Part shown: piece after piece, positions 8,450 to 19,098 of the stretch
How the letters are laid out: each line of letters begins with the position of its first letter
Numbering within the stretch: position 1 is the first letter of the stretch
Notes under the pieces: model-generated
What the model was told of the DNA's origin: nothing
Database searches by the model: none
The model's input: the letters and a program-made list of their open reading frames with translations, nothing else
Virus record (IMG/VR): IMGVR_UViG_3300045988_140494
Span: 1 to 26,368 of that record
DNA: 26,368 nt
Direction: 5' to 3' (one strand)
Source: a virus
Position numbers and translations under genes: made by a program

Positions 8450-8640
8450 TTAGCTACTCTGATTTGATTATAGGGTGCATGAATTTAGGGCTTAAGATGA
8501 ATGAAATAGATGATATGGACATTGGAATGATGTTTGACTTGATCATAGCTAAAAGCAATATGAGTGCAAGAGCAGCCAAACAATCTAGTAACAAAGTACA
8601 TATCCGTAAAGCAACCCAAAGCGACTTTGACAGATTTTAG
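8021..8640 (+). CDS. Tail assembly chaperone -1 frameshift fusion (gpGT-like)
   Basis: A AAA AAA slippery site lies within A9 (8435-8443). The -1 frame is open from 8410 to the TAG at 8638-8640 and encodes ...RIVSYSDLIIGCMNLGLKMNEIDDMDIGMMFDLIIAKSNM...DFDRF. It ends just before the tape measure SD. Confidence 0.65.
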
Positions 8641-8652
8641 GAGGTACTAAAA

Positions 8653-11600
8653 TTGTCAGGTTATAGTCAAATAAAAGGTATCTCCGTAAAGATTGATGGA
8701 GATACTACAGGATTTCAGAAAGCGATAAATGAAATCAAAAGAGAAACATCAGGGTTAGACCAAACAATGTCTAAATTAAAAGCTTCGATGAAGCTAAATC
8801 CGAATGATTTCTCGTCATTTGCGACATACCAAAATCTATTAAAAGATAAGATTCAGAGCACTTCTAAGCAATTGGATGTCTATAACAAAAAGCTTAAAGA
8901 ATATCCTAAAACACAACAACAATGGGCAGATCAAGTTAACAAATCAAAAGCCACGTTATCGCAATATCAGACTAAATTAAACAGTACTGAATCGGCGATG
9001 AGCGCCTTACAAAAAGAATATAAGACAAATCAAACTCAAATCCAAGCATGGAAAGATGCGATTGGTGATAGTTATCACACTACAGAACAATGTGAAACCG
9101 CAATTTCCACTCTAGCTGCTAGAAATAAAGAACTTTCAGTTTCTATGAAGGCAAATAGTGCTTCACAAAAGGAATACAATGCGAAAATTGCGGAACAAAA
9201 GAAAAATCTTGTTGACTTAGGAAGCACGTATGAGGAATCGCAAAGGACGTTTAATGGTCTAAGAGCTGGTGCAGCAGCATTAAACAATGAACTAAAGAGC
9301 TTGAATAAAAGCTTTATTACAGATAATGAAAATATATTAAAATTATCACATTCATTTGGTGTTGCTAGTCAGAAAGCAAATCAATTTGCAGAAACTATTA
9401 AGCCATTGTCTGCTTTGGCAGCAGCGGCTATTGTCGGAGCGACAAAAACTGCAATCGATTTTGAAGATGCATGGACTGGTGTTACAAAAACAGTAAATGC
9501 AACACCTCAACAGTTTGAAATAATTAATGCAGGATTAAAAAATCTTGCACAAACTACATCGAGTACCTATCAAGATATTGCACATTATGCAGAACTTGCA
9601 GGACAAATGGGTATTCCTACAGATTCTATTGTCGGGTTTACTAAAACTATTACAGAATTGGGTGATACTACAAATCTTGTTGGTGAAGAAGCAGCACAAA
9701 GTATTGCCAAGTTCTCAAACGTAATGGTTTCACAGTCTAAAAAGACGAACACATATTATTCTCGTTTAGGTTCTACAATCGTAGACTTGGGAAATAAATT
9801 CTCTACAACCGAAGCAGATATCATGGCAATGGCAACACGATTAGGCGTTGCTGGTAAGATGGTAGGCTTTAACTCTAACCAAGTATTAGGATTATCAACT
9901 GCATTATCTTCATTAGGCATTGAAGCTGCTGCTGGTGGTAGTTCTGTATCTAAAATGCTAAAGACAATTGATCTATCTGTTTCTACAGGAGATAAGAAAC
10001 TACAAAAGTTTGCAGAAGTATCTGGCATGACTTCTCAACAATTCCAAAAGGCTTGGGGAGAAGATGCAGCGGGAACATTCTTAAAGTTTGTAGAAGGTAT
10101 TGGAAAATCGGCGGATGTTACAAAAACATTGGATGAATTAGGTATTAAGGAAGTACGACAAGCACAGTCAATGGGTGCTTTGGCGCAAAGTTCGGATGTA
10201 TTGGCTAAAGCATTAAATGTTTCTCAAAACGCATGGCAAGCGAATTCAGCCATGGCAACTGAAGCGGAAAAACGATATGGAACATTAAAATCTCAACTGT
10301 CACAGACATGGGAAGCAGTTAAACAAGCCGGTAATGAACTAGGCCAAGCATTTACACCTACTCTTACATCTATATTGAAGGTTGTAAAGAAAGCGGCTAA
10401 TGCGTTCTCTAATTTAGATGACAGTACACAAGAAACAATAGCAAAATTGTTGTTGGTGACTGCGGCTGCATATCCTACTGCAAAAGCAATCAGCAAGATT
10501 TCAGATGGACTGAATTATGGAGTAGGGAAGATGGCGGGGTTCGCTAGAAATACAAAGAGCCTTGTAAAAGCAATCGAAAATACATTATCTCCAGCAAGCG
10601 AATTAACTGGTGCACTTGCAGATGCTGGTACACAAGCTACGGTTACAGGTGGTGCTTTCTCGTCTACAAGTGTGTTATTGTCAGGCTTAGGCATTGCAGC
10701 AGGATTAGCGGTTGCTGAAATTGCTGTATTAGTTCCTATGTTTGAGAAGGTTAAGCAAAAGGAAATTGAAGATTTAAAAGCGAAAGATGCTTTGTATGAA
10801 GCTGATTTAAGAGTTATTGATGGTTTATCAAAATACAATGCTCAAATAGATAAATACACATCTAAAGCAGAAGGATATATTGATACATATAAATCAAATG
10901 AAAAGGTAGCAAAAAATTTAGTTACTCAGATTGAACAACTAAATGATGTTGAAAATAAATCAGAAACACAAAAAGAATTATTGCGTGAAAAGGTTGAACA
11001 GTTAAATGCTATTTATCCTGATCTTAATCTAACAGTAGATGAAAACAGTGGCAAGGTTGCTGATAATACTGGAAAAGTGTTTGAAAATGTTGGTGCTTTA
11101 GAAGAATATATCGACAAAATTCAGGAAGCTGCTAAACAAGAAGCATATGCTGATGCAATTAAGACAACCACAAAGTCTATTGTTACTCAAGAATCCAAAT
11201 ATCAAGAACTAGGTGCAACTTTATACGATTTACGTGGTAAATACGTAGAATTACAACAAAAGCAAAAAGAAGCCATTGCAGATCATGACAACGAAAAGAT
11301 TGCTCAATATACAGATCAATTAGGCATTGTAAAAGGACAAATGGATGAGGTCACTGCTTCATTAGGTAATATGGGTGAAAAGCTTCTTGAGTCTAATCAA
11401 AAATTAGCAGATTATACAAACCAATTAGAAACGGGAGGTTTAAAAGAAATTGGTGATACTTTAAAAAGCCAATTGCAAGAAGTTGTAGATACGGCCGCAG
11501 AAGATGGCTATAAAATTCCTAAGAATTTGACAGACGGAATCATGAACGGAACAGAAAGTTATACAACTGCTCGTGATTTTATAACTCAGATGCTTACATT

Positions 11601-12486
11601 CCAACAATTAACAGAAAACGCTGGCCAAGCTGGTTTAGCGATACCTGCTGCAATTGCAGAAAGTATTGTTGAGAATGCAGGAAGCGTTAGTGAAGCAAAC
11701 GCTCAATTGAATAACATGATTGAGTTTAACGAAGCTGTTCAAAAGGCGGGATATGATGGATTACAAGTTTCGCCTAAAGTTGCAGAAGCAATCGCTAGTA
11801 ATCAAATATCCGTTTCCGATGCAATGAAAGCTTTGGGAAAAGGCGGAGTTGACGAATTAGAAAAGGAATTAGATAAATCTAAAGATAAAACTTCAAAAAA
11901 ATCCAAAGATATTGGAAATAAGATGGGCGATGGAAAATCCAATGCAAAGGCATCTTCTGGTTCTATGGGAAAATCAGGTGGAAGTTCATTGTTTAATGCT
12001 TATGAGCCGTATGCGCAAGCAACTATAGATTATGCAAAAAAAGTTGAAAAAGCTATCCATAACGCAAAAGCAGCCGCCAAAGATCCTATTATCATTACAA
12101 CTATAAAGAAAACTGTACACAAAACTGAAAAACATTCTTTAGATAATTTATCTCGACCTGTTGTTGATTCTGATGTTGCACCTATGAGTGCTGATTCTAT
12201 TGCAGCGTTGGCTGATACAAGCGCATATGCAGCGGCTAGTGATGCTACTACATCTATTATGGGTGGTACAGTATCGCACTCTAATTCTACGGCATACAAT
12301 TTAAACATGGATGGTATTTACAAAAGAATGGACAATTTAACGAGTGCTTTAAATGCAATATTGAATAGCAATATCACAATCAATCTACAACCTATGCAAT
12401 TGGATGGAAATGTTGTTACAGATACTGTACAAGAAATTATATCAATTCGAGATATGTTGAAATCATGGGGAAATGGAGGTTCATAG
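8653..12486 (+). CDS. Tape measure protein
   Basis: 1277 aa. TTG start preceded by AGGAGGT. TP901-type core (AWTGVTKTVNATP...), central hydrophobic stretch and long coiled-coil regions. Confidence 0.92.
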   Translation: MSGYSQIKGISVKIDGDTTGFQKAINEIKRETSGLDQTMSKLKASMKLNPNDFSSFATYQNLLKDKIQSTSKQLDVYNKKLKEYPKTQQQWADQVNKSKATLSQYQTKLNSTESAMSALQKEYKTNQTQIQAWKDAIGDSYHTTEQCETAISTLAARNKELSVSMKANSASQKEYNAKIAEQKKNLVDLGSTYEESQRTFNGLRAGAAALNNELKSLNKSFITDNENILKLSHSFGVASQKANQFAETIKPLSALAAAAIVGATKTAIDFEDAWTGVTKTVNATPQQFEIINAGLKNLAQTTSSTYQDIAHYAELAGQMGIPTDSIVGFTKTITELGDTTNLVGEEAAQSIAKFSNVMVSQSKKTNTYYSRLGSTIVDLGNKFSTTEADIMAMATRLGVAGKMVGFNSNQVLGLSTALSSLGIEAAAGGSSVSKMLKTIDLSVSTGDKKLQKFAEVSGMTSQQFQKAWGEDAAGTFLKFVEGIGKSADVTKTLDELGIKEVRQAQSMGALAQSSDVLAKALNVSQNAWQANSAMATEAEKRYGTLKSQLSQTWEAVKQAGNELGQAFTPTLTSILKVVKKAANAFSNLDDSTQETIAKLLLVTAAAYPTAKAISKISDGLNYGVGKMAGFARNTKSLVKAIENTLSPASELTGALADAGTQATVTGGAFSSTSVLLSGLGIAAGLAVAEIAVLVPMFEKVKQKEIEDLKAKDALYEADLRVIDGLSKYNAQIDKYTSKAEGYIDTYKSNEKVAKNLVTQIEQLNDVENKSETQKELLREKVEQLNAIYPDLNLTVDENSGKVADNTGKVFENVGALEEYIDKIQEAAKQEAYADAIKTTTKSIVTQESKYQELGATLYDLRGKYVELQQKQKEAIADHDNEKIAQYTDQLGIVKGQMDEVTASLGNMGEKLLESNQKLADYTNQLETGGLKEIGDTLKSQLQEVVDTAAEDGYKIPKNLTDGIMNGTESYTTARDFITQMLTFQQLTENAGQAGLAIPAAIAESIVENAGSVSEANAQLNNMIEFNEAVQKAGYDGLQVSPKVAEAIASNQISVSDAMKALGKGGVDELEKELDKSKDKTSKKSKDIGNKMGDGKSNAKASSGSMGKSGGSSLFNAYEPYAQATIDYAKKVEKAIHNAKAAAKDPIIITTIKKTVHKTEKHSLDNLSRPVVDSDVAPMSADSIAALADTSAYAAASDATTSIMGGTVSHSNSTAYNLNMDGIYKRMDNLTSALNAILNSNITINLQPMQLDGNVVTDTVQEIISIRDMLKSWGNGGS

Positions 12487-12487
12487 A

Positions 12488-13270
12488 ATGTATCATTTTA
12501 GATTTACACCTGAAAATAAACTGCGTTATACACAAAATATTATGTATTTATTAAAGGTAAGTGAGCGCCCTGTTATTCCTATGGCAGAGGAAATTGTAGA
12601 AACATCTACACTTGGTGACGGTACAACATCGTATCGTCATACAGGTGTATATCAAGATCGTAAAATTCCTATCAAATGCAACTTTGTTTTAAATAGCAAG
12701 AAAGAATATCTAGATCGTATCTATAAAATTCAACAATATTTCAATGGAAATAAAGGAATATTGGAGTTAACTAGTGATGATAGAGAACATTATTGGAAGG
12801 TAAAAAATGTAACGTTTGATATGGATTCAAGAGACTTTGGACGAGGAAGTGAATTTACAATCACATTTATTTGTGAACCTTACAGATATGTAAATAAATA
12901 CTCAAGGCCGTACGATATTGTAAGTGGAAAAAAGGTAGAACTTGCGAATTATTATGAAACAGCATATCCGATCTATCGTTTATATAACACTTCCATGAAC
13001 GCAAAAAACATTACGATCAATTGTAATGGAAATAATTTTACGATCACAAATCCTTTCAATGGTACATCGGATATTTCGTATGTTGAAATCAATACAGAGA
13101 ATTCTTATATGAAAACATACTATAAAAATGGAACGTATAAATATGACACATTGAAAACAAGTGGATCTTTTGACGGACTTAAATTTAATTATGGTTCAAA
13201 TAATGTATTGATCACAACGGATATTGGTGCTATTCGTGCAGAAATTATACGTAATTATAGGGAGAAATAA
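12488..13270 (+). CDS. Distal tail protein (Dit)
   Basis: Position after the tape measure. The FICEPYRY motif is typical of siphovirus tail family proteins. GGAGG lies 8 nt upstream of the ATG at 12488. Confidence 0.75.
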   Translation: MYHFRFTPENKLRYTQNIMYLLKVSERPVIPMAEEIVETSTLGDGTTSYRHTGVYQDRKIPIKCNFVLNSKKEYLDRIYKIQQYFNGNKGILELTSDDREHYWKVKNVTFDMDSRDFGRGSEFTITFICEPYRYVNKYSRPYDIVSGKKVELANYYETAYPIYRLYNTSMNAKNITINCNGNNFTITNPFNGTSDISYVEINTENSYMKTYYKNGTYKYDTLKTSGSFDGLKFNYGSNNVLITTDIGAIRAEIIRNYREK

Positions 13271-13272
13271 AG

Positions 13273-14862
13273 ATGATTCATTTATTCTTTTCTAGAAAAA
13301 AAACAACATATGCACAAATGAAAGAACGTAATGGAGATGTGATTTTAAAACATTGTGTTAGTGCAAAAGCAGTGTTTGAAAGAAATTCTATTTGGTACGT
13401 AGAAATAGAATTCCCAAAAAGTGATTTGATGGGTATGGAAATCAGTGATGAATCCGTGTTTAAAGTGGACATAAATTTTGAAGAACCACAGTTATATAGA
13501 ATTGTGTATCCAAAATACAACAAACAAAGCGATACATATACATGCTATGCAACACATGTGTTCTTTGATTCTCAAAAAGAAGTGTTTGTGTTTGATGATC
13601 GTACTATGAGTGGTACGTGGCAAGATGCGATAAATACCGCAAATGATATTATCACAAATTCACGGCCCAATTATCCTTATAAAATATATGGACATGGAAA
13701 ATATGCAAATTATACAAATGTTAATGCAGAGGATGAAAAAATCGTTTATTTCCGAAATGTTCAAAATAGTGGGCATTGTTTGGATGTTCCAAACGCAAGT
13801 GAAGATGCATCTATACAATTACAGATGTATCAGAGAAACAGAACGTCTGCACAGACTTTCATGTTGAAAAAAGTAGGGTCAGACAAATATGGAGATATAT
13901 ATGGGATTTTATCTTTATGTTCATGTAGATGGCTTAAATTGGATTCAGGAAAGGTTGTGTTAGGAAGTCTATCTGAAAGTCCATCAGATAATTCTGAGAA
14001 ATGGTGGTTCATTAATAATGGTTCTAACTATGAAATCGCACCGTATATAAACATATATTATGGCATCTACACTAGTTCAACAAGTATCGGCAACGGAAAC
14101 AAAGTTATTGTTGCTGATAGAGGTACTGTTGAAGTTGGAAATGCGTGTAAATGGATGATTGAAGATGTGGATTCTACACAAACGGCATATTGGGTTCGAT
14201 ATAATCTGATTCAATGTTTGTTTGGCACAGAAGAAAATTCTATGATGAACAGATGGCCCGAATGTGAAAATAACAGATATGTTGCGATGTTTAACAATTA
14301 TGACTGCTACTTTGGAAATCCAGATTACTATGCTTCCAATTTGAAGCCAAATGGTTTCTTTATAAGTAATAAAGAAATGTCTGAATACACTAAGAAAAAA
14401 TCAATGGAAAATGTAGTTACAGGAATCATACCAAAAGCGTACAATGGACGGCTTCTACCAAATCACGAGATTGTCAAGGCTAGTAATTGGTATACAGATG
14501 AAATTCACAGAATTGATGTAAAAGAATATTCCGATATCAAATTGATTGCGGATGATTCACAAGCAAAGAAAATAACATTGGGCGTATTTACAAATGAAGT
14601 GAACCTAAGAAATTATCTTAGAATACAAGCTAAAAAATCTTTAGAAAAAGAGTTACAAGAACCCAATACGGAAACGTCTGTTAAATTTGAAGAATTATTT
14701 CCATACAATGTGCCGAATGCACAGGCGTTAAAAATAAATGATTCAATTTTTGTAGAGACTGATTTTGGAAAACGAGAAAGGTTTTATTTAAACAAATTGA
14801 CCTATAACTTGATCACAGAACGACCTGAAGATTTAGATCTTGTATTAGAAAGTGAGGTATAA
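13273..14862 (+). CDS. Tail-associated protein (Tal, minor structural protein) with an inserted ricin-type beta-trefoil-like lectin module
   Basis: Position after Dit. Residues ~156-300 (nt ~13738-14172) show three Q/K-x-W/F-type subrepeats (CLDV...QTFML, EKWWF, CKWMIED). Confidence 0.7.
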   Translation: MIHLFFSRKKTTYAQMKERNGDVILKHCVSAKAVFERNSIWYVEIEFPKSDLMGMEISDESVFKVDINFEEPQLYRIVYPKYNKQSDTYTCYATHVFFDSQKEVFVFDDRTMSGTWQDAINTANDIITNSRPNYPYKIYGHGKYANYTNVNAEDEKIVYFRNVQNSGHCLDVPNASEDASIQLQMYQRNRTSAQTFMLKKVGSDKYGDIYGILSLCSCRWLKLDSGKVVLGSLSESPSDNSEKWWFINNGSNYEIAPYINIYYGIYTSSTSIGNGNKVIVADRGTVEVGNACKWMIEDVDSTQTAYWVRYNLIQCLFGTEENSMMNRWPECENNRYVAMFNNYDCYFGNPDYYASNLKPNGFFISNKEMSEYTKKKSMENVVTGIIPKAYNGRLLPNHEIVKASNWYTDEIHRIDVKEYSDIKLIADDSQAKKITLGVFTNEVNLRNYLRIQAKKSLEKELQEPNTETSVKFEELFPYNVPNAQALKINDSIFVETDFGKRERFYLNKLTYNLITERPEDLDLVLESEV

Positions 14863-14863
14863 C

Positions 14864-15460
14864 ATGGCAATTGTATATAATGATTTAACCGTTAGTTTAA
14901 CGAAGCCAAACGACAACTTGATTGTTGAAATGGTAAGAGCTGATTCGGGACGAGGATTAAGGATTTTTGTCAGTGATGATGTGATTACTAGTAATAGCTC
15001 AAATGTTGATGAATCCTTGCATGCGATTTTATGGACTAAAAAGCCGAGTGGATTAATGGTTAGCATTGGTTCTACATCTGTATCAAGGTTTGAAAACTCA
15101 AATGCATACGAAATTGAATTCTCAGATACAGAAGCTTTTCAAAATATCTTAGCAGAATTAGGAATTTGTGAATGCCAGGTGACATTAGAATCTAGTGGAA
15201 CATTTGTCACAACTTTTAATTTTAAGATTAAGGTTGTTGATAATCTTGCAGCGCAGGAATCGTTAGAATCGACTGAAGAATACAAATCTATGATGGAATT
15301 GATTGCAAAAGTAAATGCATATAAAAACGAATTAGAAAATTATGTGGCTCAATTTAAAGATCAACTGAAATTAAAAGTTAATGTTAGATATGGTACTTCA
15401 GATCCTGTTGTACAAGATGGCGATAAAGCTGGAGATATCTATATCAAATATGAGGAGTAG
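14864..15460 (+). CDS. BppU-like baseplate upper protein (N-terminal Ig-like domain plus coiled coil)
   Basis: Position after Tal. Pattern ...RADSGRGLRIFV...KKPSG...ECQVTL...FNFKIKVV resembles BppU N-terminal domains. GAGGT lies 5 nt upstream of the ATG at 14864. Confidence 0.5.
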   Translation: MAIVYNDLTVSLTKPNDNLIVEMVRADSGRGLRIFVSDDVITSNSSNVDESLHAILWTKKPSGLMVSIGSTSVSRFENSNAYEIEFSDTEAFQNILAELGICECQVTLESSGTFVTTFNFKIKVVDNLAAQESLESTEEYKSMMELIAKVNAYKNELENYVAQFKDQLKLKVNVRYGTSDPVVQDGDKAGDIYIKYEE

Positions 15461-15463
15461 TGT

Positions 15464-16510
15464 ATGACTGTTTTAGCGACATTAACCTATAATCCGTATT
15501 TAATGCTTACGTTTGAATCTTACAATGAGAGATATGAAGGGTCATATCCTGATTTAAAATTTAAAGCGGATGTAAGGTTTAGGTTCACCGGAAACTTCAA
15601 AATCCAAGCAACCAACGTTGTTACGCTTGGAGGACTTTCTAAAACTATTTCAAGATGGGATTTAAATTATATCCAGGATTCAGGATGGTATTATCTAGGA
15701 CAAATTAATGATCCAATGTATTGCAATAGGCAACGGTCTTTTGAATGGAACGTGAGTTGCAAAGGTTGGCCAAATCTATCAGGAATAGTACATTTTACTA
15801 CACCTGAGATTGATTTGCCAACGTATGAAGCAGAGATATCAGATATTAATAGTACCTCAATTTCTATTTATGGAAGGCTAAAAACAAATCCTTATAATTT
15901 GTATACTTTGCGTATTTATTCAATGGCAACACAAAAATTTATTTTGGACAAATTAAATGGTACACATGTTGTAAGTGGATTGAAAGGTTCTACAAATTAT
16001 GAATTTCATATCGAACCGTTTATGGCCGACTGTTCGGGATCGTATTTACTTCAAACAGTATTAGAAGCAACAACGTTAGAAGACTATAAAAAGATATCTG
16101 TAACGAGTGTAGATGTAACTATATCTCATATTGATGATAAGTATGATAAAGCAGTGTGCGTTGCACATACAACGGATGATGCACATGTTACAAAGAGTCA
16201 TTGGGATTATGATGGCATGGGAAGTGATTTAACTTCAGATAATCTTACAAAAGAATTTAAAGTGCAGAATGGAAATGAGTATAGAATGCTTGTTTATGTA
16301 ACAGATACTTTAGGAAGAACGAGTGATATGTTTTACTTTTTTATCATTGCATCTGCCGCTTATAGAGAAGTATGGGTGTTTGATGGGAATAATTGGAAAA
16401 AAGGAAAATCACTTGTTTTGAGTAGAGATGGAAAAACATTTGAGAAATGTAGACTTTATTGTGATACAGGACTTGAATGGAAAGGCGCAAAAAGATATGG
16501 AGAGGATTAA
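15464..16510 (+). CDS. Tail/baseplate structural protein with FN3-like module
   Basis: 348 aa. The segment ISDINSTSISIYGRL...VVSGLKGSTNYEFHIEPF looks like FN3. SD GAGGAG upstream. Confidence 0.5.
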   Translation: MTVLATLTYNPYLMLTFESYNERYEGSYPDLKFKADVRFRFTGNFKIQATNVVTLGGLSKTISRWDLNYIQDSGWYYLGQINDPMYCNRQRSFEWNVSCKGWPNLSGIVHFTTPEIDLPTYEAEISDINSTSISIYGRLKTNPYNLYTLRIYSMATQKFILDKLNGTHVVSGLKGSTNYEFHIEPFMADCSGSYLLQTVLEATTLEDYKKISVTSVDVTISHIDDKYDKAVCVAHTTDDAHVTKSHWDYDGMGSDLTSDNLTKEFKVQNGNEYRMLVYVTDTLGRTSDMFYFFIIASAAYREVWVFDGNNWKKGKSLVLSRDGKTFEKCRLYCDTGLEWKGAKRYGED

Positions 16511-16512
16511 AA

Positions 16513-16806
16513 ATGGAAATTAAAAGAGATCATATTTTCATAAATCAAGGAGATACTATCTATACAGATATTTTAATTAAGTATAAGAATGGACAAGTAT
16601 TTGTTCCTGGTAAGGATGCTACTTTAGAATTTATCATTTATAAAGATGGCAAAGAACTTATTAAAATTCCTATTGATGAATCTTTGAAGGTGATTTGCCA
16701 AACGGATGAACTTTCTGTTGGTGTTTATAATTGGATGGTTCATATAGATGTTAATGGGATTAAAGAAACACCGTTAAAAGGAATTCTTAAAGTGAAAGGA
16801 GACTAG
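16513..16806 (+). CDS. Small structural protein, function unknown
   Basis: 97 aa, beta-rich. ATG at 16513 follows GGAGAGGA. The ORF-track start at 16477 overlaps the upstream gene. Confidence 0.55.
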   Translation: MEIKRDHIFINQGDTIYTDILIKYKNGQVFVPGKDATLEFIIYKDGKELIKIPIDESLKVICQTDELSVGVYNWMVHIDVNGIKETPLKGILKVKGD

Positions 16807-16808
16807 AA

Positions 16809-18737
16809 ATGGATGGATTGAAAGCAAGACTAAGCTTTGATGCAGTTGCTTATGATTATGATGATGAATATCTTACGATTGATACAGATACACATACTAT
16901 TAATATTAATAATGTATCTAGATTGTTTGGAGTGCAATATGATGGAAATTCTAAACTGATTAAATTTAGAATCAGAAACAAGTTATCTGAAATTCAAAAA
17001 ATGCAAGATTCAATTGTTTATATAAATTGGATTGATTCTAAGGGAGTTAAGGGCCAGTCAATTGCGATTAACAAAACAATTAATAATGATACTTGTGAAT
17101 TTGCATGGAAAGTACCATTTGATGCTTTGAAAAATTCAGGAGTATTACATTTTGCGATGAGCGCAGTTATGACTAAAAATAGTTCAAGTGTAATTGATCA
17201 AAGATGGTCTACACAAATTGCATCTGTAATTACACCTGATGGAATTTATATTAAATCTTATACACCTAGTAGTGAGGAAGAAGATAGAATTGCACAAATC
17301 TATAACGAGTTATCAAATATGATAAATAAGCAAAACGATAATTTGCAATCACAAGTTAATTCACTAAATGAAGGTTTAGGTAATAAAATTGATGTTGTCT
17401 GGAATGAAGGGACATATATTGAATATTCTACTGGTGCAGTTTATAAACTAGCTCAATATTCATCTACTAACTATATAAACGTATCAAATATTGATAAATT
17501 ATTTTATTTCGTAAAACAATATCAAGATGATGATTCTGGATATACTTTTATGGATAAAAATTGGAATTATGTTAGTGGCGGTAAAATTTATGGGCATGAA
17601 TACGGTGAACTCGATGTACCAGAAAATGCTGTTTACTTTGCTATTTCAACAAACAAACCATTGGAAAGCTATGTTAAAGTCTTAAATGTCAGAAATAATT
17701 TAATTAAAGAATGTAAACAGAAAATGCTAGTTACACAACAAGTACCAACAAATAATGGATATATTACCAATACTGGTAACATTTATAGTAATGATAATTA
17801 TTTGTACACAGATATTATTACTCTTAGGGCTGGCGAATCTATTAAAGTTGTATCATCTGACACTTCTGGTTCAAATATCTCAAGAATTGCTAAATATGGA
17901 GGTAAATTAGAATATGTGAGCACGATTTGTACTGGAACGCTTGCTAATACTGAATATACATATACGGCAACTGAAAAAGTTGAATATGTCCGTGCTTGTG
18001 TCTATGATAAATCTGAATACACAATTCAAACATTTACATACGCTATGCTTGGGAATGATATTAAATATACTTCTTTAGGGTGCTATAAAAGCATGGGTAT
18101 TGTTGGTGATAGTTTTGCAAGTGGTGAAACACGCTATGGAGATTCTTGGCATGATAATTATTGGCAGTCGTGGGGTCAAATCCTAAGTAGATTAGTTGGT
18201 AATCATTGTACTAACTTTTCAAGTGGTGGATTGACAACACGAAGTTGGTTAAAAGCTGAAACAGGTTTAACTTTGCTTAAAAATAGTGAATCATGTGATA
18301 TTTATATTTGTGCTTTAGGTATCAATGATACAGATGAATTAGGTACATCATATTTAGGGACTATTGATGATATGACTGATAACTATGAGAATAACCCAGA
18401 TACATTCTATGGTAATTATGGAAAAATTATCGGAAACATCTTAAACAAAAATCCTACAGCAACTATCGTATTATCAAGCATCGCTTTACATAGTAATAGC
18501 TATGATGTATTCTCAGATGCAATTAAAGAGATTGCAAATAAAGCTGGTGTTGTTTTCTTAGACACAAAAGATAACGATTTTTTTAATAGTCCAGTGTTTA
18601 ACAACTCTAGAAAAAACGGACATCCAAATAATCAAACATATGCTGGTATGGCTTATGCTTATGAAGAATTATTTAATAATGCATACCCAAATTATATTGA
18701 TTACTTACATGAAAAGTATCATGGATATGTAGAATAG
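16809..18737 (+). CDS. Tail fibre / receptor-binding protein with C-terminal SGNH (GDSL) esterase domain
   Basis: The C-terminal ~214 aa (nt ~18093-18737) carry SGNH blocks GDSFASG, SSGGLT, GINDT and NGHPN. Two similar beta-sandwich-like modules precede them. Confidence 0.8.
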   Translation: MDGLKARLSFDAVAYDYDDEYLTIDTDTHTININNVSRLFGVQYDGNSKLIKFRIRNKLSEIQKMQDSIVYINWIDSKGVKGQSIAINKTINNDTCEFAWKVPFDALKNSGVLHFAMSAVMTKNSSSVIDQRWSTQIASVITPDGIYIKSYTPSSEEEDRIAQIYNELSNMINKQNDNLQSQVNSLNEGLGNKIDVVWNEGTYIEYSTGAVYKLAQYSSTNYINVSNIDKLFYFVKQYQDDDSGYTFMDKNWNYVSGGKIYGHEYGELDVPENAVYFAISTNKPLESYVKVLNVRNNLIKECKQKMLVTQQVPTNNGYITNTGNIYSNDNYLYTDIITLRAGESIKVVSSDTSGSNISRIAKYGGKLEYVSTICTGTLANTEYTYTATEKVEYVRACVYDKSEYTIQTFTYAMLGNDIKYTSLGCYKSMGIVGDSFASGETRYGDSWHDNYWQSWGQILSRLVGNHCTNFSSGGLTTRSWLKAETGLTLLKNSESCDIYICALGINDTDELGTSYLGTIDDMTDNYENNPDTFYGNYGKIIGNILNKNPTATIVLSSIALHSNSYDVFSDAIKEIANKAGVVFLDTKDNDFFNSPVFNNSRKNGHPNNQTYAGMAYAYEELFNNAYPNYIDYLHEKYHGYVE

Positions 18738-18804
18738 TTAACTAAATAAGAAATTAGTAAATTGTTGCATTTAAATAGGATGAAAAGTTGAAAGGAAAAT
18801 TAAT

Positions 18805-19098
18805 ATGAATGGAGAATATCTTAGTGTTATTATTTCTGCATGCATGCTTGTAATTGCATTTATTACGTATAATCGTGGCACACGCAAGATGGATGGAGAG
18901 CAAATATCCAATATGGCATTTTTGAAGAATGAATTGGAACATATTAAATCGGATTTAGGTGATATTAAAGATTCAATTTCAGAAATAAAAAAAGGAAGCA
19001 ATTCAATGGAAGTGGAGCTTTCAGAACTAAAACAACAAATAAAAACTTTGTTTAATCGTGTAGAAGCGTTGGAGGAACGTAATAAAAATGGATATTAA
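18805..19098 (+). CDS. Small membrane protein, N-terminal TM plus coiled coil (BhlA/UviB-like holin-like architecture)
   Basis: TM segment YLSVIISACMLVIAFITY followed by a heptad-rich charged tail. SD GAAAGGAAA upstream. Confidence 0.5.
   Translation: MNGEYLSVIISACMLVIAFITYNRGTRKMDGEQISNMAFLKNELEHIKSDLGDIKDSISEIKKGSNSMEVELSELKQQIKTLFNRVEALEERNKNGY

Noticed and set aside
9075-12308. Five minus-strand ORFs (9075-9287, 9756-10028, 10293-10496, 10515-10838, 12030-12308) inside the tape measure gene
   Set aside because: All lie antisense within a long, well-supported + strand gene. They have Ala/Ser/Phe-biased low-complexity translations and no SDs. These are typical shadow ORFs.
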